NCBI GenBank assembly: GCA_020443075.1
Contig: JAGRIU010000034.1
Location: 23,421-87,420, forward strand
Origin: Alphaproteobacteria bacterium
Lineage (GTDB): Bacteria; Pseudomonadota; Alphaproteobacteria; Micavibrionales; Micavibrionaceae
Direction of reading: 5' to 3'
Length of the DNA: 64,000 nt
A program made the position numbers and the translations under genes. The notes under the pieces are model-generated. The model saw only the letters and a list, made by a program, of their open reading frames with translations, was not told the origin of the DNA and did no database searches. Numbering within the stretch: the stretch's first letter is position 1; the number at the start of each line of letters is the position of its first letter. Shown here in pieces: positions 1 through 7,956 of this stretch.

Positions 1-656
1 ACGGCCTGATCATCACCAGCCCGTCTAATCCGACCGGAGCGATGATCGATGAAACAGAACTGCAAAAAATTTGCGCATGGTGTGAAGACAATGACGTGCG
101 CTTGATCTCCGATGAGGCCTATCACCGTATCACCTACGAAAAACCTGCGCAAACCGCCCTGAAATATTCAAAGACTGCGATTGTCCTCAACACCTTTTCC
201 AAATATTTTGCCATGACGGGCTGGCGCATGGGCTGGGTCGTCGTGCCGGGTGATATGGCCGATCGCATGAAGCGCCTCTCTGAAAGCCTGTTTGTTTCTC
301 CGCCGACCCTCTCCCAACATGTCGCTTATAAAATTTTTGATCATATCGACGTGCTGGACGGCTATGTCGCCCATTATAAGAAAAACCGCGATATTTTGCG
401 CGAAGGATTGCCCAAGGCCGGTTTGAAAAACCTCTCAGCGGCCCAAGGCGCATTTTATTTCTACGTCGATGTCAGCGATCTGACGAATAACGCCCCGGAT
501 TTTTGCCGTCAGATGCTGGATGAGGCCGGCGTGTCCATGACCGCCGGACTGGATTTCGACCTCACCCGCGGCCACCAAACCCTACGCATCTCCTACGCCG
601 GCACACCGGAGGATATGCATGAGGCTTGTGCGCGCCTTGGCAAGTGGCTAGGCTGA
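1..656 (+). CDS. Class I/II PLP-dependent aminotransferase, C-terminal part (5' end lies outside the window)
   Basis: The frame is open from the window edge. NTFSKYFAMTGWRMGW matches the PLP-lysine motif (SxSK...GxR) of aspartate/aromatic aminotransferases. Stop codon at 654-656. Confidence 0.8.
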   Translation, partial: GLIITSPSNPTGAMIDETELQKICAWCEDNDVRLISDEAYHRITYEKPAQTALKYSKTAIVLNTFSKYFAMTGWRMGWVVVPGDMADRMKRLSESLFVSPPTLSQHVAYKIFDHIDVLDGYVAHYKKNRDILREGLPKAGLKNLSAAQGAFYFYVDVSDLTNNAPDFCRQMLDEAGVSMTAGLDFDLTRGHQTLRISYAGTPEDMHEACARLGKWLG

Positions 657-661
657 AAAGC

Positions 662-1366
662 ATGAAACAAACGCTAAAATCACAATCCGGTAACGTTCTT
701 TGGTTTATTCTGATCGCCGTTGTCTTGCTCGGCGCACTGACCATGGTACTCTCGCGCGGCGGCTCCAATATTGATCAAACCGGCGATGTCGAGCAAAGCC
801 GCATTCTGGCCAGCCAGATTCTGCGCTATGCCAAAGGCGTCGAAACCGCGATTGAGAAAATGAAGCTGCAAGGCGTATCGGAAAACGATATCAGCTTCGA
901 AAATTCCACCACGACCACCGACTACACAAACGCCAATTGCACGGATACGGCGTGCCGCTTGTTCGATGTCGGCGGGGCCGGACTGGAATATAAAAATTTC
1001 TCATCCGCCAATGACGGCAGCGACTGGATTTTTACCGGCGCCAATAATGTCGGTACGGCCGCAGGCCCGGTCGGCACCACCGCATCCTCTTCAGGGAACG
1101 ACCTCATCATGCTGCTGCCCAACGCCAAAACGGCCCTATGCAAGCAAATAAACCGCGATCTGGGCGTCGGCACGGCAGGCACCTTGCCCACCGAAACTAC
1201 AGGCATCGTCACCATTGCCTTTGCCGGCAGCTATGCGGGCGGCGCGCCGACAATTCTGGACGGGGACCCCACGCCGTTCGAACTCGATAAACAACCCGCC
1301 GGATGCTTCATCGATGCCAGCGATTCCAATAAGGTTTATTTCTACTACGTTGTCTTGGCGCGTTAG
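662..1366 (+). CDS. Pilin-like protein, orphan paralog of the subunit encoded at 40989-41744
   Basis: ATG at 662 gives MKQTLKSQSG|NVLWFILIAVVLLGAL: a short charged leader, Gly, then a hydrophobic helix. It shares internal blocks with 40989-41744 (W[IV]F.G, GN[DE][LV]I..LP, C..IN..L) and the C-terminal Y[FY]Y.V[VL][LV].R. The upstream M at 626 overlaps the aminotransferase end and is unlikely. Confidence 0.6.
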   Translation: MKQTLKSQSGNVLWFILIAVVLLGALTMVLSRGGSNIDQTGDVEQSRILASQILRYAKGVETAIEKMKLQGVSENDISFENSTTTTDYTNANCTDTACRLFDVGGAGLEYKNFSSANDGSDWIFTGANNVGTAAGPVGTTASSSGNDLIMLLPNAKTALCKQINRDLGVGTAGTLPTETTGIVTIAFAGSYAGGAPTILDGDPTPFELDKQPAGCFIDASDSNKVYFYYVVLAR

Positions 1367-1581
1367 AGCGCAGATCTTACCCTTCCGCATTACGGCTATC
1401 TCCGCCTTAACCTACTGAATTTCATAGATTTTATGAAAAGTTTTTGACTTTTCTCAAGGGCTTTTGTTACGATAGCCTCATAGTGAGATAAATGCGGACA
1501 GCCCGAAAACCGGAAGTGGTAAGCCGGTTGAAAAGGGTCAATATAAAATCCGCAAAATGGTAAAAGTAGAGGGTTTATGCC

Positions 1582-2034
1582 ATGAAGCAATCACCGGATT
1601 GCACGGGCGGTAGCGCTTGCATGAAAAAGCACGAACTGACGCGCAGCATTATAAAATTATGCCATGGTGTATCCGAGGGCAGGGATTTTTATGCGTTCGT
1701 AGCCATAGAGTCTCAGGACCTGCCTTACTTCAACGAAAATTACTGCGCCGGAGCGCATTCACGTTTCGAGCCTTTCGGTGTTGAAATTTTGCGTGGCTGG
1801 GGCCAGACTCCGCCCGAAGGTGTTATAGAATACCTCCGCAGGGAATACGGCATAGAATTTTTTAAAGACGATGAGATGCTGATGAAAATGAGCCGGGATG
1901 TGGCCGGGCATCTTCATGTCGATTCCGCGCTGACATTGCTGGATACCGGCCCGTCCACGCCGGATCTAACAGGGTTTCCGCTTACCTTTCCTAGGCGGTT
2001 TGTTGAAAAATCTAAAAAACAGGCAGGATTCTAA
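1582..2034 (+). CDS. Hypothetical protein (no recognisable domain)
   Basis: 150-aa ORF with a purine-rich stretch (agaggg) about 10 nt upstream. An alternative start at 1621 gives MKKHELTR. No motif recognised. Confidence 0.4.
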   Translation: MKQSPDCTGGSACMKKHELTRSIIKLCHGVSEGRDFYAFVAIESQDLPYFNENYCAGAHSRFEPFGVEILRGWGQTPPEGVIEYLRREYGIEFFKDDEMLMKMSRDVAGHLHVDSALTLLDTGPSTPDLTGFPLTFPRRFVEKSKKQAGF

Positions 2035-2070
2035 CCCCCCACTTTCAGATCCTGCCCGTTAGGGTTTTTC
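2018..2070 (+). terminator. Possible intrinsic terminator after 1582-2034
   Basis: Arms aacaggcaggat (2018-2029) and atcctgcccgtt (2049-2060) pair at 11 of 12 positions, with a T5 run at 2065-2069. The 19-nt loop is large for a terminator. Confidence 0.3.
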
Positions 2071-2209
2071 AAATACGTAGCTGGCTCTCTCCGCGCATGA
2101 TCCCCCACTTCAAAAATGCCGGAGGGAGCCAAACTTTTTAAAATTATGGTGTATAGATTTTTGGGCTCCATGCTATAAAGGCTGGACTTCTCCACGGTCA
2201 TCGGCCACT

Positions 2210-5065
2210 TTGTGGATTATGCCTGTTTCCGATGCCGCCCATATTTACACGCCCGATTCATCTGAGGACGAACTGTTCCTCATCGATGGTTCGGGCTTTA
2301 TTTTTCGCGCCTATTTTGCCATGGCCTACAGCGGCCGCGGCGAGATGACCAATCCGGACGGCACACCGATTGCCGCCGTCTTCGGCTTTACGCAAATGCT
2401 GCTTAAAATGCTCGCCGATTACCACGCGCCCTATATTGCCGTGATCTTCGATGCCGCGCGCGCCAATTTCCGCAACGATATCTATCCCGAATATAAAGCC
2501 AACCGCGACGAAACACCGGAAGGCCTCATCCCGCAATTTCCGCTGATCCGCGACGCGGTCGAGGCCTTTGATATGCCGGCCATTGAGCTCGAAGGTTTCG
2601 AAGCCGATGATTTGATCGCCGCCTATACCAAGCGCGCGCGCGAATTAGGCAAAAAGGTCGTTATAGTCTCTTCCGATAAAGACTTGATGCAGCTCGTCGG
2701 TGAGGGTGTGCGCATGCTCGATCCGATGAAGGGCAAATTTATGGACGAAAAAGACGTCCTTGAAAAATTCGGCGTTACCCCGAATCGCGTGGTCGATGTG
2801 CAGGCGTTGGCCGGAGATTCCACCGATAACGTACCGGGCGTACCGGGCATCGGCATCAAAACCGCCGCACAGCTTATCAACGAATATGGCAGCCTCGAAG
2901 AGCTTTTGAGCCGCGCTGGAGAAATTAAACAACCCAAGCGCCGCGAAAGCCTGATCGAACATGCCGAAATGGCGCGTATTTCTGAAAAGCTGGTACGCCT
3001 CGATGAAAATGCGCCGCTGCCGCTACCGATCGAGGAACTCAAAACCCATGATCCGGATAAGCCGGGCCTGATGGAATTCCTGCAAAAGCATGGTTTTAAT
3101 TCGATTATCAAGCGTTTGGGTGGTGAAACGGTGGCGGTGTCTCATGCACCGTCTAAAGTGTCATCAGATGTGCAGCACCCCCCGCCGCCACAAGAAAAAT
3201 TCCCCCCTATAACAGACAATCAATACATCCTCATCAACGATGAAAAGACCCTGAAAGACTGGATCGATGAGGCGCAGAGCGAAGGCCTCGTGTGCATCGA
3301 TACCGAAACCACGTCCCTGACCCCCGCCAAGGCCGATCTGGTCGGCATTTCGCTATGTATAAAACCGGGCCGGGCAGCTTATATCCCGCTCGGCCATAAA
3401 GCCGCACAGATTGATTTGCTCGGTGAAACCACCGGCGATGATACGCCGCAACTGCCCAAAGATAAGGCACTGGCCATTCTCAAACCTTTGCTGGAGGATG
3501 AGGCCGTTCTCAAAATCGCCCATAACATGAAATATGACTGGCAGCTTTTTGCCAAAGCAGGCATCCATGTCGGCCCGTGCGACGACACGATGCTGATGTC
3601 CTATGTGCTCGACGGGGCAAGTCATTCGCACTCAATGGATAATCTTTCCAAGCACTATTTCGACCATGAACCGATCAAATACGAAGAGGTAGCGGGTAAA
3701 GGTAAATCAGCTGTGACCTTCGATCAGGTCGACATCTCCAAGGCCCTTGATTATGCCGCCGAAGACGCCGATATCACGCTGCGCCTGTATCATGTTCTCA
3801 AACCCCGCCTGTTCGCCGAGAAAATGCTCGCCGTCTATGAGAATATCGAGCGTCCGCTCATCCCCGTCATCGCGCAAATGGAGCTCACAGGCATTAAAGT
3901 CGATCCGGCAGTGCTCAAAACCATGAGCGCCGATTTTGCCAAACGCATCGCTGCTCTTGAAGAGGAAATTTATAAGCTCGCAGGCACCACGTTCAATATT
4001 GGTTCGCCCAAACAAATCGGCGAAATCCTGTTCGAACAGATGGGCCTTGAAGGCGGCAAGAAAACCAAAACCGGCCAGCATTCAACGGATGTGAAAACGC
4101 TGGAAACCTTGGCCATGCAAGGCCATGAAATTGTGCGTAAAATCCTTGATTGGCGCGGCTTGTCAAAGCTCAAATCCACCTATACTGACGCGCTGCAAGA
4201 TGAAATAAACCCCGCGAGCGGGCGCGTGCATACTTCCTATCATATGACCGGCACTTCGACCGGACGGCTAGCCTCAAGTGATCCAAACCTGCAAAATATC
4301 CCGATCCGCACCGAGGATGGGCGCAAAATCCGCGAAGCCTTCATCGCCGAAAAAGGCTGCACGCTTTTATCGGTCGATTACTCGCAGGTTGAATTGCGGC
4401 TGGCCGCAGAAATGGCGGGCGTCGAAGCTCTGCGCGGCGCGTTCAAAGACGGGCTGGACATTCATGCCCTGACCGCCTCTCAGGTGTTTGACACGCCGCT
4501 GGATCAAGTCACACCGGAATTGCGCCGCCGCGCCAAAGCGGTAAATTTCGGCATTATCTACGGTATTTCCGGCTGGGGACTGGCCCAGCAACTGGGCTGC
4601 CAGCCCGGCGAAGCCAGCGAATTCATCCGCCGCTACCTCGCACGTTTTCCCGAGATCAAGGACTACATGGAGGAAACAAAAGAAGAAGCGCGTGTCAAAG
4701 GCTATGTTGAAACGCTTTACGGGCGCAAATGCTTCATTCCCAATATCAACGCCAAAATCCCCGCGCAAAAAGCAGGCGCCGAGCGTGCCGCTATCAATGC
4801 GCCGCTGCAAGGCACGGCTGCCGATATCATGAAAATCGCCATGGCGAAGATCCCTCCGGCCCTCAAAAAACGGAACTTGTCGGCCAAAATGCTCTTGCAG
4901 GTGCATGACGAGCTCATTTTCGAAGTGCCAGACGACCAGCTAGAGGCTACCGCCGCGCTGGTCAAGGATATCATGCAAAACGCCTATCACATTATGGGCG
5001 TGAAGATTGCCGTACCGTTAGAGGCTGAAACCGGCACCGGCACCTCATGGGCCGCCGCGCATTAG
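2210..5065 (+). CDS. polA: DNA polymerase I
   Basis: 951-aa ORF with a 5'-3' exonuclease N-terminus (FLIDGSGFIFRAYFA), a 3'-5' exonuclease block (VCIDTETTSL) and polymerase motifs (DYSQVELRLAA, QVHDELIFEV). The start may be the ATG at 2219. Confidence 0.95.
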   Translation: MWIMPVSDAAHIYTPDSSEDELFLIDGSGFIFRAYFAMAYSGRGEMTNPDGTPIAAVFGFTQMLLKMLADYHAPYIAVIFDAARANFRNDIYPEYKANRDETPEGLIPQFPLIRDAVEAFDMPAIELEGFEADDLIAAYTKRARELGKKVVIVSSDKDLMQLVGEGVRMLDPMKGKFMDEKDVLEKFGVTPNRVVDVQALAGDSTDNVPGVPGIGIKTAAQLINEYGSLEELLSRAGEIKQPKRRESLIEHAEMARISEKLVRLDENAPLPLPIEELKTHDPDKPGLMEFLQKHGFNSIIKRLGGETVAVSHAPSKVSSDVQHPPPPQEKFPPITDNQYILINDEKTLKDWIDEAQSEGLVCIDTETTSLTPAKADLVGISLCIKPGRAAYIPLGHKAAQIDLLGETTGDDTPQLPKDKALAILKPLLEDEAVLKIAHNMKYDWQLFAKAGIHVGPCDDTMLMSYVLDGASHSHSMDNLSKHYFDHEPIKYEEVAGKGKSAVTFDQVDISKALDYAAEDADITLRLYHVLKPRLFAEKMLAVYENIERPLIPVIAQMELTGIKVDPAVLKTMSADFAKRIAALEEEIYKLAGTTFNIGSPKQIGEILFEQMGLEGGKKTKTGQHSTDVKTLETLAMQGHEIVRKILDWRGLSKLKSTYTDALQDEINPASGRVHTSYHMTGTSTGRLASSDPNLQNIPIRTEDGRKIREAFIAEKGCTLLSVDYSQVELRLAAEMAGVEALRGAFKDGLDIHALTASQVFDTPLDQVTPELRRRAKAVNFGIIYGISGWGLAQQLGCQPGEASEFIRRYLARFPEIKDYMEETKEEARVKGYVETLYGRKCFIPNINAKIPAQKAGAERAAINAPLQGTAADIMKIAMAKIPPALKKRNLSAKMLLQVHDELIFEVPDDQLEATAALVKDIMQNAYHIMGVKIAVPLEAETGTGTSWAAAH

Positions 5066-5390
5066 TATGTCAATAAGCCCGCGACGGCGGGCCGGCCCTT
5101 ATGGACCGGAGCCTGCGTGGCGTTTGAACGCTCAATTCTTATTCGCAGAATGAGAATTGACTAAAATTTCCTTGCTTTTATGCCTAAACCCCTTGTATAA
5201 ACCTCCCACTGCAAAAAGATGGTCTGGCGAAAACGGCTGCCTCGGCCATCGGCTTACAGTTCGGCTTTGTGTATTCGTCAAAGAGATTTGCCCTTACACA
5301 AGGCGCACGAAAGCGAAATGTACAAATGCGTACCTGAGCGACGAGCAACGAAGTGTAAGAACAAATGTCAAAGACGAAAAGGAGATGAAA

Positions 5391-5636
5391 ATGCCGAAAA
5401 TGAAAACCAAGTCTGGTGCCAAGAAGCGATTCAAGGTTACCTCCAGTGGCAAGGTTAAGGTCAAACAGGCCTACATGCGCCACATGCAAATGAACAAACC
5501 CAAATCGATGAAAAGAAAGGCACGCGGCCTGACCACATTGTGTGAGGCGGACGGAGAAAAAGTCCTGCGCAATTACCTGCCTTATTCCCGTAAGAAAAAG
5601 AAAGCAGCCAAGCCCGCTGCGAAGAAGGAGGCATAA
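5391..5636 (+). CDS. rpmI: 50S ribosomal protein L35 with a Lys-rich C-terminal tail
   Basis: MPKMKTKSGAKKRFKVTSSGKVK is the canonical L35 N-terminus. GGAG at 5381-5384 lies 6 nt before the ATG at 5391. The long track ORF starting at 5157 is upstream read-through. Confidence 0.9.
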   Translation: MPKMKTKSGAKKRFKVTSSGKVKVKQAYMRHMQMNKPKSMKRKARGLTTLCEADGEKVLRNYLPYSRKKKKAAKPAAKKEA

Positions 5637-5639
5637 GAC

Positions 5640-6005
5640 ATGGCACGTGTTAAAGGAGGCCCTCGCGCCCACGCCCGTCACAGAAAAGTCATCAAGGCTG
5701 CCAAAGGCTACTACGGCCGCCGGAAAAATTGTTTCCGCACCGCTGTTCAGGCTGTTGAAAAAGCCGGTCAGTACGCTTACCGCGACCGCCGCAACAAAAA
5801 ACGCGACTTCCGCGCTTTGTGGATCCAGCGGATCAACGCGGCTGCTCGTCTGCACGGTCTGACATACTCGACCTTCATGCATGGCCTGAAACTTTCCGGC
5901 ATCGAACTGGACCGCAAATCTCTCTCCGAGATCGCCATCCACGATGAAAAAGGCTTCGCCGCCATCGCCAAGCAAGCGCAGGATGCTTTGAAAAAAGCCG
6001 CTTAA
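5640..6005 (+). CDS. rplT: 50S ribosomal protein L20
   Basis: [30 protein letters not shown] is the canonical L20 N-terminus. The gene starts 3 nt after rpmI. Confidence 0.95.
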   Translation: MARVKGGPRAHARHRKVIKAAKGYYGRRKNCFRTAVQAVEKAGQYAYRDRRNKKRDFRALWIQRINAAARLHGLTYSTFMHGLKLSGIELDRKSLSEIAIHDEKGFAAIAKQAQDALKKAA

Positions 6006-6026
6006 GAGCGTTAGAAAACAAATACA

Positions 6027-6055
6027 AAGGCCCCGTTAGGGGCCTTCTTTCTTTT
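6027..6055 (+). terminator. Intrinsic terminator of rpmI-rplT
   Basis: aaggcccc-gtta-ggggcctt hairpin followed by a T-rich tract (cttt cttttc). Confidence 0.7.
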
Positions 6056-6132
6056 CACCACCACGATCACAAAGACCACAACGACTTGAATTTTTTCTTT
6101 ATTCGTCGTGATCGTCGTGTACGTTGTGGTTT

Positions 6133-6822
6133 ATGAAGAATCACAAAAAACTCATCGTCTTTGACTGGAACGGCACGCTGCTCTCCGACACGATCCCGAG
6201 CTGGAAAGCCTCCAATATCTGCCTTGAATTCTATGGCGCGCCGCCCATATCTCTTGCCCGTTTCCGCGAAACCTTCAATTTTCCGGTGCTCAAATTCTAT
6301 GAGGATAATGGCGTGAGCGCCGAAACAGTGCTCGAGCGCAAGGACGAGGGCAATCAGGCCTTCCAAAGCGCGTATGAGCGTCTCGCCGCCAAGGCCCGCA
6401 CCCGCAAAGGCGCACATGACCTCTTGCAAAATCTTAATAAACAGGGCCATGAATGCATGATCCTGTCCAACTACATCACCGAAAAAATTGAAGGGCACCT
6501 ACAGCGCCTGAGCATGCGCGGCTATTTCGCCCATGTGAACGCGCATACCTGCGACGGCACGACAATCTTGCAATCCACCACCAAAACGCTGCGCCTGCGC
6601 GAATATATGCGCATGGAGGGCGCATCCCCCGAAGACACGATCATTATCGGGGATTCCATAGAGGAACCGGAAATCGCCCGCGCGCTGGGCATTACCTCGA
6701 TCGGCATTACCGGCGGCGCTATTTCCACTGCCCGCCTCAAAGCCGCCGCCCCGGATTATATCGTCTCCAGCCTTTGGGAAATCAAACGTCTCATAAAAAC
6801 CCTTGGCGCGCCAATCTCTTAA
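6133..6822 (+). CDS. HAD-superfamily hydrolase (phosphoglycolate phosphatase-like)
   Basis: Motif I-like LIVFDWNGTLLSD, a motif III/IV-like IIIGDSIEE, and a Rossmann-like layout. ATG at 6133; the track ORF begins at TTG 6124. Confidence 0.7.
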   Translation: MKNHKKLIVFDWNGTLLSDTIPSWKASNICLEFYGAPPISLARFRETFNFPVLKFYEDNGVSAETVLERKDEGNQAFQSAYERLAAKARTRKGAHDLLQNLNKQGHECMILSNYITEKIEGHLQRLSMRGYFAHVNAHTCDGTTILQSTTKTLRLREYMRMEGASPEDTIIIGDSIEEPEIARALGITSIGITGGAISTARLKAAAPDYIVSSLWEIKRLIKTLGAPIS

Positions 6823-6838
6823 TGCTAAAACCCTTCCC

Positions 6839-7939
6839 ATGAGCGACATTACGACCTTAAAAACAGAACTGACGACCCAGATCGAAGCAGCCAATGATTT
6901 GCAGTCGCTTGACGATGTGCGTGTATCGGCCTTGGGCAAGAAAGGGCGCATCACGGCGCTGATGAAAACACTGGGCACGATGAGCCCAGAAGAGCGCCAG
7001 ACCACAGGTCAGGCCCTCAATGCGCTAAAAGACGAAATCGCCGCGCTTATTAAATCGCAGGAAGCCGCGCTGAAAAAACAGGCGCTGGCCCAGCGCTTGG
7101 CCACCGAAACGCAGGACATTACGCTTTCGACGCGCCCACAGCGTCAAGGCGCGGTACATCCGGTTTCCCAGACCATGGAAGAACTGGTCACGATCTTTGG
7201 CGCGATGGGTTTCAAGGTCGCCCAAGGACCAGATATCGAAGATGACTGGCATAATTTCACGGCTCTGAACTTTCCGCCCGGCCACCCGGCGCGCGAAATG
7301 CAGGACACATTCTTCCTGCCCGAAGACCCGTCCGAAGAGGGCGAGCGCGCCAAGAAATTGCTGCGCACGCATACCTCGTCCGTACAGATCCGCCACATGC
7401 AAAATCACCAGCCCCCCATCAAGACGATTTGCTTTGGCCGGACCTATCGCTCGGATTACGACATGACGCACACGCCGATGTTCCACCAGATGGAATGTCT
7501 GTATATCGACCGCGACGTGACGATGGCCCACCTCAAAGGCTGCCTGAGCGATTTTGTCCGTGCGTTCTTCAAGATCGACGATCTGCCCGTACGCTTCCGC
7601 CCGTCCTTTTTCCCCTTCGTCGAACCGGGCGCGGAAGTCGATATCGGCTACGTCAAAAAACCCGATGGCGGCATCAAGCTCGGCAAAGCCCCGGAGGGCG
7701 AAGAGCAAAAATGGATGGAAATTCTCGGCGCGGGCATGGTGCATCCAAACGTGCTGAAAAATTGCGGCATCGACCCCGAAGCCTATCAGGGCTTTGCCTT
7801 CGGCATGGGGCTGGAACGTGCCACAATGCTTAAATACGGCATACCGGACCTGCGCACATTTTTCGAATGCGATACCCGTTGGCTGGCCCATTATGGTTTT
7901 GACCCGCTTCAGCGTCCAAACGCGGCCACAGGCCAATAA
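6839..7939 (+). CDS. pheS: Phenylalanine--tRNA ligase alpha subunit
   Basis: N-terminal coiled coil (VRVSALGKKGRITALMK) and a class II core (HPAREMQDTFF, FRPSFFPFVEPGAEVD, AFGMGLERATMLKYGI). The ATG at 6839 avoids overlap with the HAD gene. Confidence 0.95.
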   Translation: MSDITTLKTELTTQIEAANDLQSLDDVRVSALGKKGRITALMKTLGTMSPEERQTTGQALNALKDEIAALIKSQEAALKKQALAQRLATETQDITLSTRPQRQGAVHPVSQTMEELVTIFGAMGFKVAQGPDIEDDWHNFTALNFPPGHPAREMQDTFFLPEDPSEEGERAKKLLRTHTSSVQIRHMQNHQPPIKTICFGRTYRSDYDMTHTPMFHQMECLYIDRDVTMAHLKGCLSDFVRAFFKIDDLPVRFRPSFFPFVEPGAEVDIGYVKKPDGGIKLGKAPEGEEQKWMEILGAGMVHPNVLKNCGIDPEAYQGFAFGMGLERATMLKYGIPDLRTFFECDTRWLAHYGFDPLQRPNAATGQ

Positions 7940-7956
7940 ATGAAATAGGAAAAAGA

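Noticed and set aside
626-661. Longer N-terminal extensions offered by the track for several genes (626, 41089, 48204, 50277, 5157, 34271)
   Set aside because: The extensions overlap the preceding gene or lack RBS support. Internal Met or TTG starts give canonical N-termini: signal peptides, pilin-like leaders, the L35 MPKMKTK start and the receiver MSHGSKILIV start.
1390-1581. Possible riboswitch or sRNA in the 215-nt gap before 1582-2034
   Set aside because: I see a TTGACT-N17-TACGAT promoter-like pair and a ccgg...ccgg hairpin. Nothing matches any riboswitch core I can recognise, so the evidence is too weak to call.
5184-5975. 263-aa minus-strand ORF covering rpmI-rplT
   Set aside because: It is antisense to two unmistakable ribosomal protein genes. 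Its translation is low-complexity (Ala/Gly/Phe-rich) with no motif. It is a typical shadow ORF in GC-rich coding DNA.
7025-7936. 303-aa minus-strand ORF, plus 8374-9216 (280 aa) and 9820-10335 (171 aa)
   Set aside because: They mirror pheS and pheT, which have clear class II synthetase motifs on the plus strand. They have no start context or domain of their own.
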